Shown here: in pieces, positions 29,201-41,200 of the stretch
How positions within the stretch are numbered: position 1 is the stretch's first letter
Layout: the number at the start of each line of letters is the position of its first letter
Assembly: GCF_023055435.1 (NCBI RefSeq)
Contig: NW_025964223.1
Location: 54,188,001-54,252,000, forward strand
Length of the DNA stretch: 64,000 nucleotides
Direction of reading: 5' to 3'
From: Haliotis rufescens
Lineage: Eukaryota
Position numbers and translations under genes: made by a program
Notes under the pieces: generated by a model
The model's database searches: none
What the model was told of the DNA's origin: nothing
What the model saw: the letters and a program-made list of their open reading frames with translations, nothing else

Positions 29201-32200
29201 AAAGTCAGTTTGGCTATTTTAGTTGAATAACGTCATGTCTACTTGATATGGGAGGAAAGCCCAAGCAATGCAGGTCCCAGACATTTAGGTTGGTTGGATG
29301 GTTGGTTTGCTGTTTAAGGCCGCTCTCAGCAATATTCCAGCTATATGATGGTGATCTGTATATAATCGAGTCTGGATCAGACGTTCAGGTCTTTGGTGAA
29401 ACCACGAGGAAGGGGTTTGGTGCTGACATCCCTAGAAACATAATCGAGGCGACCGGGATTTGAACCCACGTTCCTGGGTAGAGGATGCAACTCCGCACAG
29501 AGCATCGTGGAGCCGACATGGCCATCTGTGGCCCTCCAATTGATGAACACAATGAGCATAATGAGAGCACCTGTCAAATGTCCGCACTGGGTGTCCTGGG
29601 TTGTGGTCAATCTTCAGGTCCCGGGTGAGATGCCAGAGGACTGTGAACTTCTTCAAGGCCTCAATACGCTCGATCTGGACACACAACACACGTACCAGTT
29701 ACAAAAGTCACACAAACACAACCAGTCAACATCATGAAGCCATGGATACCACCAACTCCTCAGTTCCAATCCAGTTTAATTATTCTAAAGAACAATTTCC
29801 CCAGGCAAGGGAGTTAACTGACTCTAAAAGTCCAGTTTCCACCCTTGCCGAACTAAAGGTACCATGGTAACATCCAAAGTACTAAAGGAAATGGTAATCT
29901 CAGCTTTGTCTGAATCTCAAATATTGATATCTATAAATGGAAATAAGATTGGTTTTTAAAGGGCTTTATGATGATACAAATGTAAATTGAATTTTTTTGA
30001 AGAAAATCATAAATGTGAGTATAAAACAGATTTTTTACACCTCTAAAAACACAAAACAAAGTTCTAAATTGAAACAAAAAGCATACCTATAGACTGAATC
30101 AGTAAAATTCTTATATATTTCCCTGAATGAAAATGCCAGTCATGTGTAATGTTCCACATTATTTCTATGCACAAAGTACTTCGATCCCCACTGACCTCAT
30201 TGTCCGAGACAAGTGCAGTCCCGATCACATCTTCACACACCCAACTGCTTGGGGTCACCTGATGCAACTGATGAAACAGCTCCACACACTGGAGATGGTG
30301 CATGCTGAATTTGGAGCTCAGATAGGACCACAGTTCACGGGCTACAGTCTGCAAAAAAGTACATCATCATTCAAGCATAGGCATCAGAGAAGGGCAGGGT
30401 AGGGTTGGGTAGAGTAGGGTTGAGTGGGGTAGAGAGCAGTGCCACAGGGGGTTCCCAGGATCCACTGGCTCTACTTATAAATGTCCTGTCATGTCATCCC
30501 ATTGTTTAGGTAAGGTTATTTTCCTGGAACACATGCTGCTCAGGGTATTCCCATGTAATTCCTGAGTCAGTCCCAGGTAATTCCTGTGTAATTCCTGGGT
30601 CATGTCCATGTAATTCCTATGTAATTCCCGGGTCATTCCCAGGTAATTCCCATGTAATTCCTGAGTCATTCCCAGGTAACTCCTATGTAATTCCTGGGTC
30701 ATGTCCATGTAATTCCTATATAATTCCCATGTAATTCCTGAGTCATTTCCAGGTAATTCCCATGTAATTCCTAAGTCATTCCCAGGTAATTCCTAACATT
30801 TTGAAGAACCTCTGACAACAGTAGTGTTACATTGCAAAAGATTTATTAACATCATTCTAATACGTATCTAATGTTGATTATTGACAGGTTGCAAGTGATA
30901 ATTTTTTTCACATGCAGATTTCTTGACAAGAATCGAACCTGCAATCTCACATATCATGTTTAGTATTGTAACCCTCAGTTTTCCCACTGAGCCCTTGGGG
31001 CAGGTGATGAAAGGGTGTTCAATCTTGCATGTCAAGACTCCAGTTGTGTGCATGCTGCACATGGTCTTTCTCTCACCCGTTGTCATCGAATTCATTTTAT
31101 ACTGCGACCACTGTACTGTTTAACTAAAAGGTATCCCAGTGGTTTTCATTCTGTCTGGTATTTCTTGCATTTAGCCAGTTTATAAGTTGAAATACTCATC
31201 CATGGTTTTCAATTAAAACCTGAGAGTCATGTTTTAACCCATAAATAATAAATCACAACCATCAAGTCTATCCTAGAAGGGGATTTCATTGTAAGATTGA
31301 GGAAAATCAACCACTGACACCCTGAACTTTGTCTTACCAGTCATATGAAATCTGCAACTTACAATTTTGCTACATTTAATTATTAAATTGCGTACTTTTT
31401 TTATCCAACCTCAATTTGTATGTCTTCAGGATGCAATATTGTTTGTCCGAAACTACCTGCATCCCACCAATCCTCACAAGCTGAGATACAACGCAACTAC
31501 AAAAGCATACACATAAACACATGAACCTACCTGGTAGAACACCATATTGTCATTGATGTACTGCAGGTGCCTTGGTAGGAGTGATGGCAGAATCACCACA
31601 GACACTGTTCCTCTCTCACTGGTGGACATTCGCTGACCAGTCTCCTGACCCTTGTTCTCAGTCACTGACTGGACGGACTGGGTGAGAGTGATGAGCTCCA
31701 GAATGGTTGCTATGGCAGCACTCTGTATCTCAAAGCAGTCCACAAAGCAAGCACATGTGATCAGGTCCTGCAGCCATTCTGGTAGGGCACTGCTGTCCTC
31801 TGAAAAGAAAGTACAATAAAATAGCAAACCCAGAAAGGCTGTTTTTTTAAAGGTATGTTAAATACCATCCAAAATTCCATTAATGCGGACATGGTTGAAC
31901 ATAAAAAAAATATTGTCAAGAATTCTTAATGATAAAAGAAACAAACAAGAAGATTAATATAGTTAGTAGTAAGGGAAGTAACTCCGTTTTGTCATTCACT
32001 CAACATGCTCAAAGCTGTTTGTCCAAGAAGAACATATACTTGATTTCAGTTTTTCTCCCCTACACTGTTTGTATAATGTTTACCCTACACTACCTTTACC
32101 ATGTTTACAACATCATTTTATAAACAACTGTTTTGTTAACTTATTCATACATCATGTACATGTATTTCTATTTCAAGCCGAGACCTTCAGTCAGGGTTTT

Positions 32201-35200
32201 ACCATCCAGGGGACCCTAATAATTAACTTAAGGGTCCTCGCAGGCGATATGAGGGGCCTGTAAAGTAATGCAATGGTGTAGTGTACTGTACGTTTTGATA
32301 ACTACTTTAGAGCCAGGAATGAATCAATGACCATGTAGACAGTGGTCATGATTGATGGATGAAATGACAGACACCTATAACTTCTCTTGATCATCTTGAT
32401 GCACTGTAGGGACAATGAATATTAGTGTGCGTCCCACGGGATGCAGCATATTTGTTTTCTGCATCCAATGTCAACATTTGTGCGTACTGGACAAACATTT
32501 GTGCATCACGTAAAATCCTGGTTATACATGTGATAAGTTATGGATTGGAAAAAAAATATATGTAAACCAACTTTACCCGTTTGACAAGTCTGGTCCATGA
32601 CCTTGTGATAGTCTGTACAGAACATGGGAAAGCTGGAAAAGTCGACCAACAGTCGACACGCCTGTCCGAACGCCTCAAAACTCTTCTCCTTCAACCCCTC
32701 CGCCGAGACCTTCAACCCTGACATGTCAGCGTAGGGGCGGTCATCCCCACTACACGTAGAGTTCCCATCCAGCACCGAGTCCTTGTCACTGGACCGGACG
32801 AGCTCCGGGGACAGGGTGATCATGTCGATACACTTGGATGACACAGCTGAGTTCTTCAGTACACGCTTGTTTGTGTAAACATGGAAGAATTCCTGGAAGC
32901 CATGAACACAGGCTTGCATCAGGGTCACTGGGTTTGCCACACTTCCTTGTCGCTTCAGCTCGGGCATCATGGGTTTCGACTGGCACTGGTTTTTCGTTTC
33001 AATTCCTTCTGTTTTCAAGTCAGTTCTTTGAGACATGCCATCAGCCTCAGCATCTGATTTTGGTTTTGTGTGAGTTTCATCTACATTTGTTTTCATTGGA
33101 CTGTTTGCGCCATCTACATCACTGGGAGCACTGAAATAACTCTCATCCTCTTTCTCATCTTCGGATTTATTAATTTTCTCCTGACTTACACTTTTATCAC
33201 CATTCCTTTCCTTTTTCACACCATCTTCCTCACCAAACACTTTTCTATCGTTATTTTTCTTGTTTTCTGTTCTGTCTTTTGCTTCAATTCTCTTCCTCAC
33301 AGCAAGGTCAATTTCCTCCCTTGTGACCTCTGACCCGACCATGACCTCTGAGTCATCGCCTTCTGCAGTTTCAAGACCAGTTGTCATGGAGGGCTGTACC
33401 TTTTCCAGAATCTTGGTGCAGAGTTTGAGGGTGGCGGTGACCTCGGCCTCGGTGATGTGGTTCACGTGGCCGATGACAGAAGCGATGATGTGATGGAGCA
33501 GCTCAGGGAGGTACTCGGTCTGCGTCTCTAGGTACATCTCCTGATTGAAGAAAATGTTCATCTATCTCATTTTTAACTATGATTAGGACTGCATGGTCCT
33601 ACTGGTATACCACAATACTCTTTTCAAACACTATATATTGCAATATTTTTCTGTGTTCAGATATGCTAGGTAACAAAATATATAACAAATTTCGTTATTG
33701 TTTCATTCAACCTAAAATCGACATAGAAATTCGTCACAATTGATGCTTCCCTTAGAAATTGATTGACAAAACTGCGAAAAGGCAGAAGTGATATTTCTCT
33801 TACATTGTTATCTCCCCTGTATCCATGACTACAAAATGGCAGCGACAGACCATGCTGAGTAATCATGGTAATATATACTATTGGTATAGAAATAATATGA
33901 TCGACATATACAATCAGTGTGAATCACTGTGAAACACTTTAGCTCTCACTATATTGCAATACTTATACCACATAGATACTTGTATTGCAATATATCATTA
34001 TAGATTGCAATATTTCTTTTTGCTATGTTCCATAAGCATGGCTTGTCTTGATCCCATGCTCATATGTCAGACATGTTGAGCAATTTTTCTCTTGAAGAGA
34101 AGAGATATTTCTTAACAATTATAGTCAGTGTTCCCATTGTAGTGCTGTTATATTTGATTATTGAGAGCTTGACATTTGATTATTTACAGACCGCTGTCAT
34201 ATAGCTGGAATATTGCTGAATGCGGCTTTAAACAAACAAACCAAACCCGGGTACACAGAAATTGTTTAGGGTATTATGAATGTCAATGAAGAGGAAAGGG
34301 CAAACATTCTAAAATACAACTGCTTATGATGAAATGACATTCCGAGTTTGAACACTGTTGAAGATAGATAAAACATATTCTCTTGCTGGCAAACCTAACT
34401 TGCAAAGAGGGCACCTAAAACATCCCTGTGGTACACTAAAGCAAAAGAGGGGCGGTCGGGTAGCCTAGTGGTTAAAGCGTTAGCTCGTCACGCCGAAGAC
34501 CCAGGTTCGATTCCCGACATGGGTAAAATGTGTGAAGCCCATTTCTGGTGTCCCCCGCCGTGATATTGCTGGAATATTGCTAAAAGCGGCGTAAAACCAC
34601 ACTCACTCACTCACTCACTAAAGTAAAAGAGCACAATCCATCCCTGTTATTCAGGTAATATTTCCATATTGAAAGCCTATACAACTCTAAATACCGATGG
34701 ACACCCGGACTCAGTTTAAACTGTGTAAAGGTGCATGTTAAAAAACCCTGTTGTAATAAGACAAAAAAACACTATTCTTTCTGTTTATGTGATCATGGTG
34801 TGGAACATGATGAATAGTTTCCATTGTTACTGAAGAATCTTACAGAATCCTGCAATTGTAGCTAAGCATGTAAATAACCAAAGACGTTTCTGACATTTCA
34901 TGAACTCAGATATTCAAATCTGTTATATCAATCATCATTCACAGTCAATAGCTATTTGTACTATGTCTTGCTTATCGCCACATTCAGCAATCTTCCAGCT
35001 TTATAACACTAACCATGGTAACATGGAAATAATCAAGCCTGGGCCGGACTATGATGACAAGCATAAGTTTCTGGGGAGTCCCCACGGCAATTGCCTGACT
35101 TACCAGCGAGACGATATCCAACAGAAACTCAACAATGCTGCACAGCTCTAGTAGAGACGGAGAGTCATTTGCTTCGTGGCTAGACGACACACTGGCCCGT

Positions 35201-38200
35201 AGAGCCATCTTTGTGGTATCACATGCACTTGTGAACATCCGTGACACAAAGTCCCATATAAAGTACGGCTCAAATGACCCGAACAGCAAGTTAGCAGTTT
35301 TGATCATTTCACTGCCTAGCTGGTCATCTTTGTCTGAACTCTCTCTGCTGACTTTGCCATTCTTCCGAGGTCTTGACGTATCACTCTGAACGGAGACTTC
35401 TGGAACGCCTTTACACTCCCGGAGCAAACACCTGAACACCGACAACAGAACACTTTCCAGGATGACTGGGCCTATCTCAGGTTTGTCCAACAAGCTGATG
35501 AGTATCCTGAATGGCTTCAATACAGAGGTCCTTGTGCCGGTGTGAAAGTCAAACCCATTAGTGTTGGTCAGCTTGCCCTTCAGTGCCTTCACTAACAGGT
35601 CCTTAGAGTACTGGTGAAAATATCCCAGATCTAATTCACTTGATGTAGAAGTGCTGTCAGACCGATGCAGTCGATTTGTCTCTGTTACCGCCACAGTGGC
35701 TCCGGTCGAGGAAGTCCCTAGCAACCAGCCGTACAGTCGTCGGTTGAGTGACATGTCGCGGCGGAGGACGACATTGATGGCCGACTTGACTATCTTGCTC
35801 ATGTCTTCCTTGGTGAGCTGGGCGTTGTGCATGGGGAATGCCAGCAGCAAGAAGTCCAGAAGGATACGTTGCACTAGAACACTCATGTCCTGCAGGGAGC
35901 CGCAGATTGCCTTCACCTAGCAGCAGAGAGGAAGGCCTCAATATTAGCATCAATAGAATATTATCAATATAAATCCACCTTCCAACATAAGATGCTGTCA
36001 TCATCAACCTCCACAATGTCTACCCCATCTCATCAGGTCTGCTCCATCTACCAACCATCAGGTCTACCCAACCTCAGGTCCACCCCATCTACCATCAATC
36101 AGGTCCATCCCATCTACCTATCATCAGGTCTACCTCATATACCATCTATCAGGTTTGCCCCATCTACCCACCATAAGGTCCACCCCATCTACCCACCATC
36201 GGGTCCACCCACCATCGGGTCTACCCCATCTACCCACCATAAGGTCCACCCCATCTACCCACCATCAGGTCTACCCCATCAACACACCATCAGGTCCACC
36301 CCATCTACACACTATCAGGTCTACCCCATCTACCCACCATAAGGTCCACCCCATCTACCCACCATAAGGTCCACCCCATCTACCCACCATCAGGTCCACC
36401 CCATCTACCCACCATCAGGTCTACCCCATCTACCCACTATCAGGTCCACCCCATCTACACACCATCAGGTCCACCCCATCTACACACTATCAGGTCCACC
36501 CCATCTGCCCACCATCAGGTTCACCCCATCTACCCACCATCAGGTCTACCCGATCTACCCACCATCAGGTCTACCCCATCTACACACCATTAGGTCTACC
36601 CCATCTACACACCATCAGGTCCACCCCATCTACCCACCATCAGGTCCACCCCATCTACACACCATCAGGTCCACCCCATCTACACACCATCAGGTCTACC
36701 CCTCCTACACACCATCAGGTCTACCCCATCTACCCACCATCAGGTCTACCCAATCTACCCACTATCAGGTCCACCCCATCTACACACCATCAGGTCTACC
36801 CCATCTACCCACTATCAGGTCCACCCCATCTACCCACCATAAGTCCATCCCATCTACACACCATCAGGTCCATCCCATCTACACACCATCAGGTAGACCC
36901 ACTATAAGGTCCACCCCATCTACCCACCATCAGGTCCACCCCATCTACCCACCATCAGGTCCACCCCATCTACCCACAATCAGGTCCATCCCATCTACAC
37001 ACCATCAGGTCCACCCCATCTACACACCATCAGGTCCATCCCATCTACACACCATCAGGTCCACCCCATCTACCCACCATCAGGTCCACCCCATCTACCC
37101 ACCATCAGGTCCACCCCATCTACCCACAATCAGGTCCATCCCATCTACACACTATCAGGTCCATCCCATCTACACACCATCAGGTCCATCCCATCTACAC
37201 ACCATCAGGTCCACCCCATCTACACACTATCAGGTCCACCCCATCTACCCACCATCAGGTCCACCCCATCTACCCACCATCAGGTCCACCCCATCTACCC
37301 GCCATCATGTCAATGCCATCTACACACCATCAGGTCTACCCAATCTACCCATCATCAAGTAGACCCACCATCAGGTCCACCCCATCTACCCACCATCAGG
37401 TCAATCCCATCTACACACCATCAGGTCTACCCACCATCAGGTCCACCCCATCTACCCACCATCAGGTCCACCCCATCTACACACCATCAGGTCCATCCCA
37501 TCTACACACCATCAGGTAGACCCACTATCAGGTCCACTCCATCTACCCACCATCAGGTCCACCCCATCTACCCACCATCAGGTCTACCCCATCTACCCAC
37601 CATCAGGTCCACCCCATCTACCAACTATCAGGTCCACCCCATCTACCCACCATCAGGTCCACCCCATCTACACACCATCAGGTCTACCCCATCTACCCAC
37701 TATCAGGTCCACCCCATCTACCCACCATCAGGTCTACCCCATCTACCCACTATCAGGTCCACCCCATCTACCCACCATCAGGTCCACCCCATCTACCCAC
37801 CCTACGTCCATCCCATCTACACACCATCAGGTCCATCCCATATACACACCATCAGGTCTTCACCATCTACCCACCATCAGGTCCACCCCATCTACCCACC
37901 ATCAGGTCTACCCCATCTACCCACTATCAGGTCCACCCCATCTACCCACCATCAGGTTCACCCCATCTACCCACTATCAGGTTCACCCCATCTACCCACC
38001 ATCAGGTCCATCCCATCTACACACCATCAGGTCTACCCCATCTACCCACTATCAGGTCCACCCCATCTACCCACTATCAGGTCCACCCCATCTACCCACC
38101 ATCAGGTCTACCCCATCTACCCACCATCAGGTTCACCCCATCTACCCACCATCAGGTCTACCCCATCTACCCACTATCAGGTCCACCCCATCAACCCACC

Positions 38201-41200
38201 ATCAGGTCTACCACATCTACCCACTATCAGGTCCACCCCATCTACCCACCATCAGGTCTACCCCATCTACCCACCATCAGGTCTACCCAATCTACCCACC
38301 AGGTCTACCCCATCTACCCACCATCAGGTCTACCCCATCTACCCATCATCAGGTCTACCCACCATCAGGTCTATCTCCAGGCCCATCATGTCCAGCTGAT
38401 CCTCCATGGTCTGCTTCTTGTTGAAGTGGGACACGAGGAAGGTGATGGCTGGGAGTCTGACACTGGGGCAGGACAGGATGCACTCCCACAGGCAGGTGTA
38501 GAAGAAGCTGGGGACCGCTGCATCACAGAAGTCCTCCAACAGTACATTGGTCCTAAACACATCATACAGCCTTACATGAGATGAGTCCCAACAGCAATGC
38601 TTGGATCCACCCTTTACCATTGTTACAACTGTTTTCACTTCTCTACCTAGGGGGCTTTCTTATTTCCTGGGAACTGGTCAGTCATTAATAACAGGGTTGC
38701 AGTAATAAAATATCATCAAAAACACTTTTTCACCTACCATATTTTCTTGTGCACACTTTTTCCAAAAAACACAGCTGTGTAGAAGTGGGTGCGCATTATA
38801 CAGGCCATGATGAGTTTTGATGTTTTTTCCCCCCCTCCAACCTAAAGACATTACCGCACGTTAACACCAGAAATACCATGTCAACAAATCCGTACTGAAG
38901 TACGCAAATTAATCATGTAATTACACTGTCTTGTTATAAAAAGTGTTCATTGTATATCTGGACTTATGACAGTAACACATTTCTTTAATTTTATTCAAAA
39001 TTCCTTTTAATATTGTTTTAATTAATTTCGGCGAAATTGTATGTGATGCAAACAGAAGATCTCACAACTCATTGTTATTAACAGCAACCATGGTCAGATT
39101 GCCGCTATTGAAGCCTTGAAACAAACTTTAGTTGACAGAGAATGGATACATATATCATAAATGCCATACTTTGCCTCATTAAAAGTCATATTTGTTGTAG
39201 TTTGACGAATCTATGTCAACATGTAGTTCTCGCAATCACATGTGCGGGAGCGCAGGGGTTGAAAAATACCATTGCCCGACGCCCGTGCCAAGTAAGGTTT
39301 AGATGTCGGGCGTGTAATATACGTTTTCTAGCATGCCCGTGGACAAGTAGTGCACACAGAATGAACTGGGTCAAGTTTCACGCGAATGTAATCATGTGAT
39401 CATGTTACGGTATTTGATTGGCTAATATTTTGTTAGTGTCCCAGACTGACAATGTAATTTGCATACAGCTACGCCAGTCAACCAATGGGATTAATACATT
39501 TCGATGTCAGGCAGGTCAACAACGAGAACCAGGCTTGTTTCATTGTTAAATCGTAGTAACACTTCCATATATGGCACATGTTTCTTGGAAATGAAATTTC
39601 TTGGAAATTGTAACGCGAGGTTGAAACATTTTCCGACGCTTCGTTAGGCCTAGCTTTGATGAAATATAATTTTGTCGAACTACAACAAACGGGACTTTTA
39701 ACGAGTGAAAGTATGGCATTTATTTAATATGTGTTTCTTTTCGTTGTCAACTAAAGTTCATTCGAGGCGTCAATAGCGATAACCTGACCGTGGTTGCTGT
39801 AAATAACGGCGAGTTGTGCGATCTATCGACCCCTTTACGCACGATTTCGGCAAAATTGATCTAAACTGTATTGAATGAAATTTTAAATAAAATTAATAAA
39901 ATATGCTACAAACATGTCAAGGTACAAACGTGATTTTTTTATAACCAGATAGTAATAATAGGATTTAATTGCGGAATTTGTTGATTGGTATTTCCGGTGA
40001 TGCGTGCAGGTGGTAATGTTTTTGCGATGGGGAAATGACATCGTGTCAGTGACTTGAGTTTACTAAAAGTGTATATAAGTTTTGGGAACCATGTGTTACC
40101 GCACACAATAACCGAGTTAGCGGTATAATGAAGAGTGCAATAGCGAGGGATCACTGTAAGTAAATCTGTTGTTTCAAATAAGTAAGCTAGTAAAGGACAG
40201 AGTAGTCTCCCTTTGCCTCATTAGCACCCAGAGGGGTATCTGCAATAACAATTTATATTACCAGTACCGCACATAGTGTCATGTCTCAGCGGTCTATTTT
40301 AAGTTTCTTGGCGGTGGGGACGAACTTAAAAGGAAGGCAGAGGGAAATTCCGAAAGTTGTATATCGGCAAAGAATAAGAAGTATGATGAATGTAAACGAA
40401 AACGAACATTCATCGCTGGGTGGAAAGACCAGTTTCCTTGGGTTGCGTATGATGACACAGCGAAAGTCATGAAGTGCACCATTTGTTTCAAGTACCCAAA
40501 CATACACGCTTGCAATCGTAAGAGAACGTTTATTGATGGATGTTCAAATTTCAGAATTTTATTCTCAGTTCTGCAGCAGTAACATTTTACTGAATTTATT
40601 AGCTTGATTTTGGGCTAGTACATTTTAAAATAGGGCAAGTGAGAATGTTGGTCATACTTGCCCTTGGTCAAGTAACATTTTAAATAATTTTTCAACCCCT
40701 GGAGCCTCAACAGTGACTGGTTAAATTTTTCTATGCGAAAATAATAACCGGCAGTCACAATCAGCTTCACCGAAGTGCTACACATATTATTTTAAATATA
40801 TTTAATTAAAGCTGCCACTAAAATAACATGATATTGGAATATATTATTCCTGATAAAAAAATAGTTTCAGATACAATTTGTCCCGATCCTTGCATTAAGA
40901 TCCTTTAAAGTTATATCATTGGGTAAGTTTTAACCAAATCACTGGTAGATTCCAAGAAAACGTGTGTACAGCTCATTGCTGTTTCCGGCTTAGTTTACAA
41001 GAAAATACGCAAGGTAATCTTCATCCCTGGATGTAAAACAATGCCAAGCAGAACAAAAAATACAGCTTAAACAGTAGAACAACATGTCTGGTGATTTTCT
41101 ATCTCAAATTTCAAATTTGTACTGACCAAATTTCTTATCACCCGTTCGTTTACTGGAGGTCACTGAAAAGGGTGCAGTGTAATTTTTTTCGGCGCAAATA

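Noticed and set aside
34449-34522. Possible tRNA-Asp(GTC) gene
   Set aside because: Four near-identical dispersed copies continue into a SINE body and tail, with clear TSDs on three, and lack a good acceptor stem.
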